Shown: piece by piece, positions 1 through 8,718 of the stretch | How positions within the stretch are numbered: the stretch's first letter is position 1 | Layout of the letters: each line of letters begins with the position of its first letter | Assembly: GCF_030548205.1 (NCBI RefSeq) | Contig: NZ_JAUORV010000008.1 | Coordinates: 149,792-173,791, forward strand | Source of the DNA: Aliiglaciecola sp. 3_MG-2023 | Lineage (GTDB): Bacteria > Pseudomonadota > Gammaproteobacteria > Enterobacterales > Alteromonadaceae | DNA length: 24,000 nt | Direction of reading: 5' to 3' | Position numbers and translations under genes: made by a program | The notes under the pieces: model-generated | Told to the model about the DNA's origin: nothing | Seen by the model: only the letters and a program-made list of their open reading frames with translations | The model's database searches: none

Positions 1-2
1 AT

Positions 3-1904
3 CAAATTGTTACAGAAGCGTTTAATCGACAAGGAATACACGTTGATATTGTCTATTATCCCGCGGCCAGAGCACAAAAATTAGCGACTGAGGGCAAAGT
101 TGACGGGATCCTGCCAGTTTATAAAAATAATGTTGCATCTGATAAATTTCTCTATTCAAATCCATTCCCAGGAGATGTAATCGGTTTATTGAAGCGCAAA
201 GATACCAATGTATCCGATGACCTTGAGCAAAAAAATGTAAATGAAGTTTTTGCTGCATTGCGTGATTACCATTTTGGTTTAGTGAGAGGGAGCGCATCAG
301 AACAATTAATTAAAAAGTCGAGCACTTTAAGCAAACAATATGTGTCAAACAACCTAGTCAACATTGATAAGCTTTACGCCAAACGTATTGATTTTGCACT
401 TATCGATAAATTCAGTGCGGGCCACTTAATTGTTTCCCAACGTCCGCATATGATTGGTATGTTAGAGTTTATTTACCCCCCTTTAGTTGATAAAGAGTTT
501 CATGTTGCCTTTGCTAAAGATAATGCAAATGCTCAACGATATTTAGCGCTCTTTAATCAGGGGTTAGCGTCAATGGTGGCAGATGGTCGTTTGGCAGAGC
601 TGTTGGCAATACATGGCTTTTCTCCATCTCCAAAGCTAAATAGCAGCAATAATACTAACAAAATCCCGCTGGTGATCGGCACTGTGAACAATGCTGATAT
701 GCTAATTTTAAAAGAACTTTCCACTCACTTTGAAGCAAAAAATCCAGGTATTGAGCTTTCTTGGAAAGTGTTAGATGAGGGAATGTTGCGAAAGCGGTTA
801 TTAACGGATTTAGCGATTAACGCAGGGCAATTCGATATTATGACCATAGGTTCATATGAAGTCTCCATTTGGGCTAAAAATGGCTGGATAATACCAATCG
901 ACAGGCTATCTGAAAAATACGATTTAGATGATATTGTTGAAAGTGTTAAAAGTGATGTTTCCTTTAACGAAAAATTTTATGCATTACCTTTTTATGCAGA
1001 GTCTTCAGTAACCTATTACCGCACAGATTTATTTGAACAAGCCGGTATTATTATGCCGCAGCAGCCAACTTTTGCTCAATTATATGAGTTTGCTAAAAAG
1101 CTGAATGCACCTGAAAAAGGGGTTTATGGCATTTGTCTGCGCGGAAAAGCTGGCTGGGGATCCAATTTAGCTCTGATTACGACTATGGTGAATAGCTATG
1201 GAGGCAGTTGGTTTGACTTAAATTGGCGCCCTCAGATTGCAACGCGGGAGTGGCACAATGCCGTTTCTATGTATATAGATTTGATTACTAATTTCGGCCC
1301 ACCTAATGCTGTAGAAAACAATTATGTGGAAAATCTCAACCTGTTCCAAAAAGGAAAATGTGGAATTTGGGTCGATGCCTCTATTGCTGCTAGTTCACTG
1401 GCAGATCCCGCTCAATCCGAGTTTAGTCAGCATATTAAAATGGCAAATGCTCCCGTAGCTTTATACAAAAACGGTTCCAATTGGTTATGGACTTGGTCTT
1501 TTGCCATTCCCAGTTCATCTTCTCAGCAAGATGCTGCTTTGAAATTTGCGCAATGGGCTACATCAACTGAATATATCGACTTAGTTGCTGAACAATACGG
1601 ATGGCATTTAATTCCACAGGGAACGCGTAAGTCCTTATATCAAAATGAAGCCTATATTAAAGCTGCGCCTTTTGCGCCAATTGTCATTGATACTATTAAC
1701 AATATCGACTTGTATCATTCTACGTTGAAACCTAGTCCGTATTTAGGGGTTCAATATGTGCCTATTCCGGAATTTACCTCAATGGGAGACCAAGTGGGTA
1801 TTTTAATTGAAAAGGCCCTAAAAAAAGAGATTACCGTAGAATTTGCTTTGAAACAAAGTCAGGAATTAGTTGAAAGACAAATGCAAATATCGGGGTATTT
1901 TTAA
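3..1904 (+). CDS. Periplasmic solute-binding protein, 5'-truncated by the window edge. It fuses a family-3 (amino-acid-type, SBP_bac_3-like) domain to a family-1 polyol/sugar-type (SmoE-like) domain.
   Basis: The frame of the 189..1904 ORF stays open back to nt 3 (QIVTEAFNRQGIHVDIVYYPAARAQKLATEGKVDGILPVYKN...), so the TTG at 189 is an artefact of the ORF caller. The N-terminal ~200 aa look like orphan SBP_bac_3 proteins (DFALIDKFSAGHL...FHVAFAK). An S/N-rich linker (SPSPKLNSSNNTNK) follows. The remaining ~410 aa resemble sorbitol/mannitol-type ABC binding proteins (IGTVNNADMLILKELSTHFEAKNPGIELSWKVLDEGMLRKRLLTDL...GQFDIMTIGSYE). Confidence 0.75.
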   Translation, partial: QIVTEAFNRQGIHVDIVYYPAARAQKLATEGKVDGILPVYKNNVASDKFLYSNPFPGDVIGLLKRKDTNVSDDLEQKNVNEVFAALRDYHFGLVRGSASEQLIKKSSTLSKQYVSNNLVNIDKLYAKRIDFALIDKFSAGHLIVSQRPHMIGMLEFIYPPLVDKEFHVAFAKDNANAQRYLALFNQGLASMVADGRLAELLAIHGFSPSPKLNSSNNTNKIPLVIGTVNNADMLILKELSTHFEAKNPGIELSWKVLDEGMLRKRLLTDLAINAGQFDIMTIGSYEVSIWAKNGWIIPIDRLSEKYDLDDIVESVKSDVSFNEKFYALPFYAESSVTYYRTDLFEQAGIIMPQQPTFAQLYEFAKKLNAPEKGVYGICLRGKAGWGSNLALITTMVNSYGGSWFDLNWRPQIATREWHNAVSMYIDLITNFGPPNAVENNYVENLNLFQKGKCGIWVDASIAASSLADPAQSEFSQHIKMANAPVALYKNGSNWLWTWSFAIPSSSSQQDAALKFAQWATSTEYIDLVAEQYGWHLIPQGTRKSLYQNEAYIKAAPFAPIVIDTINNIDLYHSTLKPSPYLGVQYVPIPEFTSMGDQVGILIEKALKKEITVEFALKQSQELVERQMQISGYF

Positions 1905-2042
1905 TCTTATCTTGTTTTCGTAAAATGCCGATTAAAAATACGCGCTATAAAAGCGCTATTCTACACTGAAAATCCAATCAACTACTGTTGCCATCTATCT
2001 GGAAGGTGTACAATCAGAATCTTGTATTAAGAACAAGATGTT

Positions 2043-2873
2043 ATGAAAAAAATTGCAACTTTAGGGCCTCCAGGTACGTTCTCTGACATGGCCACTGGTA
2101 TTTATACCTCCAATCAATCAGATACCTATCAAGTGGAATATTTTCCAACGATTGTTGGTACCCTCTCTGAAATAGGTAAAAGCTGTGATATCGGTATTAT
2201 TCCCATCGAAAACTTCTCTGAGGGCTTTATAGCACTTGTCTTAGATGAGCTTATTGCCGCAGATTTGTATGTTGCAAGTGAAATTATACTGCCCATCAAG
2301 TTTTCAATGATCAGTAATGCCAATTCGTTATCTGAGATTCAACAATTGTATGTGCAATTTGTCGCGCGGGGCCAGTGTTTTGAATTCTTAGACGAAATTA
2401 GTCAGGCGAAAATTGTGACTACAGATAGCAATATTGAATCCCTCAATCGGTTTAAAGATGCCGACATACCTAGTGCGGCAATTGTTCCCTCTACATCTTA
2501 TCGAAAAGATGATTTTCCGCTGGTAGTTGAAGAGGTGAATGATTATAAAAACAATCAAACTCGATTTTTAGTGATGTCTAAAACTGCTTTGCCAACATCA
2601 CCAGAGGCGGATAAAACCAGTTTAATTGTGCTCGATGACCATGATCATCCAGGTTATCTAGGAGAAGTACTGCTCTCTTTTTCAAAGCGAAATATCAACC
2701 TTACTTCGATAATCTCACGTCCAACGCGAAAAACCTTTGGGAAATATCACTTTTTCATCGATTTTGATGGAAATATGGATGATCCTATTGTTGCCGAAGC
2801 GTTGAGTGAGATAGGTAAAACAAATAATCTAAAGCTGCTCGGCTCTTACAAAAAAGCGAAAAGTCTTAGTTAA
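2043..2873 (+). CDS. pheA: Prephenate dehydratase, monofunctional (PDT catalytic domain plus C-terminal ACT domain, no chorismate mutase domain)
   Basis: The N-terminus is IATLGPPGTFSD. The TRF motif (NQTRFLVMS) is present, and the ACT region has SRP...GKYHFFIDFDG. At 276 aa it matches stand-alone PDTs. Confidence 0.85.
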   Translation: MKKIATLGPPGTFSDMATGIYTSNQSDTYQVEYFPTIVGTLSEIGKSCDIGIIPIENFSEGFIALVLDELIAADLYVASEIILPIKFSMISNANSLSEIQQLYVQFVARGQCFEFLDEISQAKIVTTDSNIESLNRFKDADIPSAAIVPSTSYRKDDFPLVVEEVNDYKNNQTRFLVMSKTALPTSPEADKTSLIVLDDHDHPGYLGEVLLSFSKRNINLTSIISRPTRKTFGKYHFFIDFDGNMDDPIVAEALSEIGKTNNLKLLGSYKKAKSLS

Positions 2874-3055
2874 CGCTTTTTGTAACAGTGGCTGTCAATT
2901 TCTTGAGTTCCAGCTTTTTGTGGGTAAGTTTTCAAATTAGTTGCTATTTAGTTTTCGGATTCAACTTAGCGAGCCAAATGCTGGGATTTTCTTAATTTTT
3001 ACAATTTTCATCAACTGATAATTGCATTAATAAACATGATTAACATAGGTAGTTT

Positions 3056-3691
3056 ATGTCTAGTATAACCTTATTTGCGATGCCAGGAAGTTGCTCAAGA
3101 GTGTCTTTGATTTTGTTAGAAGAAGCGAAAGCTGAATATGATGTTCATTGGGTAAACTTAATGAAAGGCGAACACAAAACCGCTAATTTTAAGCAAATCA
3201 ACCCTAAATCGAAAGTACCTGCGCTGTCTATTGATGGCGAGGTGCTGACTGAAAACCCAATGATAATCAAATATATTAGCGAACACTTTCCAGACGCTAA
3301 TTTATTACCAAACGTTGATTCAGGTTTAGCTGAGTATCAACAAATCTCCGATCTATGTTTTTGTTCATCTACAATTCATCCGTTAGTGACCCGATTTTGC
3401 ATTCCAGGTTTTTTTGCTGATGAGAGTTGCACAACAAGCGTAAAACAAAAAGCCCTCGCAGCTTTACTTGAGAACTTAGCTTGGGTAGAACAAAAATTGG
3501 CGAACAGTGCTTGGTGGTATGGTGACCAATGGAGTGCTATGGATGCTTATATTTTCTGGATCATCTCTAGATTGCAGCGCTGTGATTTTAGCTTGTCAAC
3601 ATTACCAAATTTGGCTAGGCATACGGAAGCTATGCTGAAACGTGATGCTGTCGTCAGTGCGTTGGAAAAAGAGAAGCTAGCCAATCAATAA
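3056..3691 (+). CDS. Glutathione S-transferase family protein
   Basis: The 211-aa protein has an N-terminal thioredoxin-like half with the KVPAL (cis-Pro) motif and ENPMIIKYI. The C-terminal half is helical (WYGDQWSAMDAYIFW). Confidence 0.75.
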   Translation: MSSITLFAMPGSCSRVSLILLEEAKAEYDVHWVNLMKGEHKTANFKQINPKSKVPALSIDGEVLTENPMIIKYISEHFPDANLLPNVDSGLAEYQQISDLCFCSSTIHPLVTRFCIPGFFADESCTTSVKQKALAALLENLAWVEQKLANSAWWYGDQWSAMDAYIFWIISRLQRCDFSLSTLPNLARHTEAMLKRDAVVSALEKEKLANQ

Positions 3692-3864
3692 GGATTAAAA
3701 GCAAAGGGTTATTCGGTTTTATAAAGTTAATTCGCAAAATAACATTTTGTGGCTAAGTGTTTAAAGGTGATGGGGTCCTTCAGCTAATTTAAGTTAATTT
3801 TTGCTCGTTAGTTGTGCAAGGTAGAACACCCAGTTTGAATATAATGTGGAGTTAAAATAATCAT

Positions 3865-4851
3865 ATGAAACAACGAAGTATTGCAGGAAATTGGGTGTCT
3901 GAGATTGGTTTAGGGTGCATGAATCTGAGTCATGCATATGGTACTCCTCCCCAAGAATCTGATGGTATTGCGTTACTTGAAAAAGCATTGGATTTCGGTG
4001 TTACCCATTTTGATACTGCGGCACTGTATGGTTTTGGAGCCAATGAAAAGTTAGTGGGAAAAGTACTTAAACCCCATCGTCAGCGTATTTTCTTAGCCAG
4101 TAAATGTGGTATGCGCGCCGTGGACGGCAAACGAGTCATTGATGGCTCTCCAAAGGCCATTAGGGAAACCATAGAACAGTCTTTGTCTAGTCTGCAAACA
4201 GATGTATTAGATTTGTACTATTTGCACCGTTGGGATAAAAGTATCCCCATAGAGGAAAGTGTCGGTGAACTTTCTCGTTTGGTTGATGAAGGTAAAATCA
4301 AATCCATCGGCTTGTCAGAAGTGTCTGCTGTGACGTTACGAAAAGCCCATTCTGAGCATCCTATTTCAGCCCTCCAAAGTGAATATTCATTGTGGACACG
4401 AAATCCGGAAATTGCCTGCTTAGAAACTTGTTTGGAGTTAGATATTGCTTTTGTCGCATTTTCTCCTTTGGGAAGGGGCTTTTTAAGTGGTGATATTAAT
4501 GATTCAAGTGGCTTTTTAGACCAAGATATTCGTAAAAACATGCCTCGATTCCAGGCTAATAATTTGCAAGAAAATTTATCCTTGCTTGAACAAATCCACA
4601 GTATTGCGAATGCATATAATTGCACACTCAGCCAATTAAGCCTTGCTTGGTTATTACATCAAGGTCCTCATGTCTTGCCCATTCCTGGGACCACCCAGAT
4701 TGACCATTTAGCAGAAAACATGCAGGCATCAAAAATTGTGTTAAAACCGGCTGATCTTAAGCAACTTGAAGAGGTTTTTATTCATAGTGCTGTTGTAGGA
4801 GCTCGCTACCCAACCGCCACACAATTAGAAATTGATACGGAAAAATTCTAA
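3865..4851 (+). CDS. Aldo/keto reductase (NAD(P)H-dependent oxidoreductase)
   Basis: AKR signatures are GLGCMNLS, HFDTAALYG (Asp/Tyr), LASKCG (Lys), LDLYYLHRWD (His) and IPGTTQIDHLAEN near the C-terminus. Confidence 0.85.
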   Translation: MKQRSIAGNWVSEIGLGCMNLSHAYGTPPQESDGIALLEKALDFGVTHFDTAALYGFGANEKLVGKVLKPHRQRIFLASKCGMRAVDGKRVIDGSPKAIRETIEQSLSSLQTDVLDLYYLHRWDKSIPIEESVGELSRLVDEGKIKSIGLSEVSAVTLRKAHSEHPISALQSEYSLWTRNPEIACLETCLELDIAFVAFSPLGRGFLSGDINDSSGFLDQDIRKNMPRFQANNLQENLSLLEQIHSIANAYNCTLSQLSLAWLLHQGPHVLPIPGTTQIDHLAENMQASKIVLKPADLKQLEEVFIHSAVVGARYPTATQLEIDTEKF

Positions 4852-4939
4852 TTTAAATACAATGTTTATTGCACATATTTGTTGCTACCAAACAAATGTA
4901 TATTGAGGGTCAAAGTTGTGAAAGCTGTGGTGTAAAAGC

Positions 4940-5707
4940 ATGGACATTATTGTTAACGATTTTTTAAGCCCGACACTTATTATTTTGTTAGTCATAGTTG
5001 CTGGTTTTAGTTCCTTTGTTACTGCTGGCTTTGGTGCCGGAGGTGGCGTTTTTTTGCTACTTGTTATGGCTGCAGTTATGCCAATCTCTGCTGTCATACC
5101 TATACATGGCTTGGTGCAATTAGGTTCAAATGCGAATAGGGCAATCTTAACTTTCCGACATCTTGATAAAAATATGCTGCTGTATTTTGGTATGGGGGCG
5201 ATTTTAGGGGCTTTATCAGCTTCCTTAGTCGTTACTCAATTACCACTGGCTATAATGAAATTATTGCTTGGTGTGTTTGTTATCTATTTATTATGGGCGA
5301 AGTTACCCACGATTAATGAAAGGTCGCGATTCTCAAAAATTATCGTTGGCGTTGTTACCACATTTTTGTCTATGTTTGTTGGAGCTAGTGGCCCTTTGGT
5401 GGGGAGTTATATGTACATTAACAATTATGACAAACTCGCTTTCACCGCGACTTTTTCTGCATCCATGACGTTTCAACATTGTTTGAAAGCACTGGTATTT
5501 GGCGCCATAGGATTTGCTTTTTGGGATTGGTTGCCTTTAATCATTGCTATGGTGTTAAGCGGAACAGTAGGAACCTGGTTTGGAATCAAGTTGCTTAAAA
5601 AACTTCCTGCGGAAAAATTCAAGGGGGTTTTTAAACTGATCCTAACCCTCATGTCTATTCATTTAGTGTGGCAAGCTGGGGTGGCCATATATGAAGGTAA
5701 GCTCTGA
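4940..5707 (+). CDS. TauE/SafE (DUF81/TSUP) family anion-exporter-like membrane protein
   Basis: The 255-aa protein is very hydrophobic with about 8 predicted TM segments. It has the glycine-rich GFGAGGG motif in the first helix and a repeated half-structure typical of TSUP permeases. Confidence 0.75.
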   Translation: MDIIVNDFLSPTLIILLVIVAGFSSFVTAGFGAGGGVFLLLVMAAVMPISAVIPIHGLVQLGSNANRAILTFRHLDKNMLLYFGMGAILGALSASLVVTQLPLAIMKLLLGVFVIYLLWAKLPTINERSRFSKIIVGVVTTFLSMFVGASGPLVGSYMYINNYDKLAFTATFSASMTFQHCLKALVFGAIGFAFWDWLPLIIAMVLSGTVGTWFGIKLLKKLPAEKFKGVFKLILTLMSIHLVWQAGVAIYEGKL

Positions 5708-5744
5708 GGTAAAGGTTAAGTCCCTTGCTGTAATAAGAACATAA

Positions 5745-5768
5745 AAAAGCCCCGAAAACGGGGCTTTT
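5745..5768. terminator. Bidirectional Rho-independent terminator shared by the convergent TauE-like and S8 protease genes
   Basis: AAAAGCCCCG-aaaa-CGGGGCTTTT forms a perfect GC-rich stem flanked by an A-run and a T-run. It lies between the stop codons at 5707 (+) and 5786 (-). Confidence 0.85.
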
Positions 5769-5785
5769 ATGCTCTTAATTAATAC

Positions 5786-8284
5786 TTAAAAAGACACAGT
5801 GACCTCGTCTGAACATGCTGTGGTTTCATCACAAATCATGTAAACGAAGGTTGTGTCTGTGGCTCTACGCTCTCTATCACGATAGGTACCAGTATTTTCT
5901 ACGGTCTCGAGAAGTTCGCCATTGCGATAGATATCAACCATATCTGCACTTGACCCTGAGTATGACAAATCGACCCGTAAGTTGCCAAAGCGTGACATAT
6001 AGGCTCTATCTACTTCTACCTCAATGTCAACACTGGATACGGCAACAGATTGAACAGAAGTATCAGATTGTCCCTCTGCATCAGTGGTGGTCAAGGAAAC
6101 GTCATAGCTACCCGTGGCAGGGAATATGTGAACGGGATTGACATCTACTGATGTGCTGCCGTCACCAAAGTCCCAAAGATAGCTAACTATGTCATTATTA
6201 ACATCGGTACTTTCATTGGTAAAGGTTACCTGCAAGGCCTCAGATTCATAACTAAATGCCGAAACCGGTGGTGTATCGGCAACGTCACCAACACCTGTAA
6301 TGGTTAATTCCCAATTATTGAGGGTGCCATTGTCACCGTTGTAGATATCAAGAACATTTAATGTCCAGTCACCGGTAGCCACTTCACCATCAAATGCACT
6401 GGATTCAAAGCTCTCGATAATGTTGTCTTCGGCGCCTCCAGTATTGGCCGTTAACACGGTTGAAGTGCCAGCTGGAGAGGTTAATGTTAAGATTAAGTCT
6501 CCACGATAGGTGTGGGTAATGTTAACAAAGGTACTGGTGCCAAAAACAGTTAGTGGATCAGCAATGGTAATCACTGAATCAATACCAATATCATCGGGAT
6601 CGTCTTCGTTAGGAAGTGTAGGTATTGACGTGTTATTACTGTAAACAAAGTCGTTTAGGCCTTGAGGGAATACATATAAACCTAGGGTTTTTTCCTTAAC
6701 AATGTCGCCACTTGTGCCAGTTACTATAAATTCGTAGTCGCCATAAGGGGTATCATCAAGGGTATCTACTGTGAGGGTAAAAGTGTCCCCTGGTTCAACG
6801 GTTGTTGCTGATAGCATGCCCAAACCTGACGCATCTGTTAAGGATAAAGTCACTTCGCCATCCCAATCCGAAATACTACCTACTTCAAAGGTATAAACGG
6901 CACTTTCGCCTGCTGTTATGTCTAAATTAACGGGGCTAACACTAAATTTGAAGCCCGGAGTTGGATCTGCGTCTAACAGTGCCTGGTGTACATTAAGACG
7001 TTTACCTGTCACCGTGCGACCTTGCATTACCGCGTTATCGTCTCCGGTTGCCATTAACAAGCTTTTCATCTCAAGGGCAGTTAAATCTGGATTTAATGAC
7101 CACACTAAAGCCGCAGCACCAGCCACATGAGGGGTAGCCATTGACGTGCCCGAGTAACTAGAATATCCGTTTCCTGGCGTGGTAGACAAAATTGCGGTAC
7201 CGGGGGCAGCCATATCTACCGTTGTTAAACCCCAAGAATAACCAGAGTCGCCATCGGTTCGATTAACACTGGCTACGGCTAGGATACTGTCGTTGTCATA
7301 ATTAGATGGGTAGTGGGGTAGGACATCATTATCAGTGCCATCGTTGCCTGCTGCAGCTACAAATAAAATATCTGCATCGCCAGCAGCAGTAATAGAATCT
7401 TTCAAGGCGTCGCTAAATGCACCGCCACCCCAGCTGTTGTTAAGTGCGCGTACATTAACGCCACTGTCTTTTAACGCTACAAAATAATCAATACATTCGA
7501 TGGCTCCAGCGGTATCCCCGTAACCGTCTGCAGCAAGGAATTTACAGCCAGCAATTGACACTTGGTGACTAACTCCAACCACCCCAATACCGTTATTACC
7601 GGTTGCCCCAATAGTTCCGGAAACGTGCGAGCCATGTCCTTGATCATCCATAGGATCGGTATCACCATTAACAGTATCAATACCATATACATCATCTACA
7701 TAGCCGTTACCGTCATTATCTATACCATCCCCCGCTATTTCACCTGGGTTCATCCACATATTATCGTTAAGATCTTCGTGTAAATAGTCTACACCAGTAT
7801 CAATAACACCGATGACGATACTGCTGTCTCCAGTGGTAATATCCCAGGCTTCAGGCGCGTCGATATCAGCATCTTCAATGCCGCCACTTTGGCCTGTATT
7901 ATTTAACCCCCATAATGAACCGAATTCAGTATCGTCTGGAATAAGTGCAGTTTTAACGATGTAATTTGGCTCAGCGTACAAAACGGCAGGGTCGGCCCTG
8001 AGGGTTTCAAGTGCAGTTTTTACAGATTTTCCATTGAGTTTTAGTTTTGCTATCCGACCATTCATCAAATGGGAAAAGCGATCATCAACTTCATCTCGGT
8101 TTAAATCGGTTATACGAGCAGCAACTTTGGCTCTGGCTGATTTCTTTTGGCTCGCAGAAACGCCGTCTTTATATACGACTATGACGGAATCTGATTTATA
8201 CCCATGCGAACTAGCAGCAGAGGCATGGCTAATGGCTAGCGCTGGCAACAACGCTAGTGTGATTGCAGAAAGTTTGGCTTTCAT
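5786..8284 (-). CDS. Secreted multidomain subtilisin-like serine protease: signal peptide, I9 propeptide, peptidase S8, proprotein-convertase P-domain, PKD domain, C-terminal domain
   Basis: The signal peptide is MKAKLSAITLALLPALAISHASA. The catalytic triad motifs are VIDTGVDY (Asp), HGSHVSGT (His) and GTSMATPHVAG (Ser). The P-domain-like segment is YRGDLILTLTSPAGTS...GDWTLNVLD...LNNWELTITG. The PKD motif is YLWDFGDGS...GSYDVSLTTTD. Confidence 0.9.
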   Translation of the reverse strand: MKAKLSAITLALLPALAISHASAASSHGYKSDSVIVVYKDGVSASQKKSARAKVAARITDLNRDEVDDRFSHLMNGRIAKLKLNGKSVKTALETLRADPAVLYAEPNYIVKTALIPDDTEFGSLWGLNNTGQSGGIEDADIDAPEAWDITTGDSSIVIGVIDTGVDYLHEDLNDNMWMNPGEIAGDGIDNDGNGYVDDVYGIDTVNGDTDPMDDQGHGSHVSGTIGATGNNGIGVVGVSHQVSIAGCKFLAADGYGDTAGAIECIDYFVALKDSGVNVRALNNSWGGGAFSDALKDSITAAGDADILFVAAAGNDGTDNDVLPHYPSNYDNDSILAVASVNRTDGDSGYSWGLTTVDMAAPGTAILSTTPGNGYSSYSGTSMATPHVAGAAALVWSLNPDLTALEMKSLLMATGDDNAVMQGRTVTGKRLNVHQALLDADPTPGFKFSVSPVNLDITAGESAVYTFEVGSISDWDGEVTLSLTDASGLGMLSATTVEPGDTFTLTVDTLDDTPYGDYEFIVTGTSGDIVKEKTLGLYVFPQGLNDFVYSNNTSIPTLPNEDDPDDIGIDSVITIADPLTVFGTSTFVNITHTYRGDLILTLTSPAGTSTVLTANTGGAEDNIIESFESSAFDGEVATGDWTLNVLDIYNGDNGTLNNWELTITGVGDVADTPPVSAFSYESEALQVTFTNESTDVNNDIVSYLWDFGDGSTSVDVNPVHIFPATGSYDVSLTTTDAEGQSDTSVQSVAVSSVDIEVEVDRAYMSRFGNLRVDLSYSGSSADMVDIYRNGELLETVENTGTYRDRERRATDTTFVYMICDETTACSDEVTVSF

Positions 8285-8435
8285 AATTAAAGAATCCTAA
8301 ATAAACACAAACAAACTTAGCTTTTGGCTAAGTGACGGTTATAGATTCTCCAAACAACATAACAATGAGTCTTGCATTTACACAACTTGGTTAGCGTAGA
8401 CCTAGTTTGTGTAATTTTTCCACCTAAAATAGATA

Positions 8436-8631
8436 AAATACAACTTTTTTGGTAAGAATATTGCGCTATTTCTTGATTCTAGTACTAAAGGCTTAGTGAC
8501 AACGGAAACGCTCCCCCATGCTAATTTCTCACTTAGGTAATTCCTAGTACTAAAGTGCTAACAGCGGAATTTGGTCAACTTTGTAATTTACTTAACTATC
8601 TGATTTTTATGGTAATAATAAATACAACTTT
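8436..8631. repeat. Exact 12-bp direct repeat AAATACAACTTT (copies at 8436-8447 and 8620-8631), each next to a GGTAA(G/T)AATA motif
   Basis: Read directly from the sequence. The copies are 184 bp apart in the protease/csgB divergent intergenic region. Confidence 0.7.
8479..8570. repeat. Direct repeat with an exact 12-bp core CTAGTACTAAAG (8479-8490 and 8544-8555) that contains the palindrome TAGTACTA. Each copy extends imperfectly for ~25-30 bp (...GCT.A..ACA.CGGAA).
   Basis: Read directly from the sequence. Centre-to-centre spacing is 65 bp, and the repeats lie 165-240 bp upstream of the csgB-like start. Confidence 0.7.
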
Positions 8632-8718
8632 AGGGCTATAGCGCTTAATAGCGGGTTAGGTTTAAAGTCATTCGCAGGTTTCAGAGCCGAATTTGTAGTG
8701 TTTAAGGAGTAGTAAAAG

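Noticed and set aside
1905-2042. Possible pheL-type attenuator leader upstream of the prephenate dehydratase
   Set aside because: The only short ORF (MPIKNTRYKSAILH) has no Phe codon run. There is no terminator/antiterminator pair, only a small hairpin at 2019-2039.
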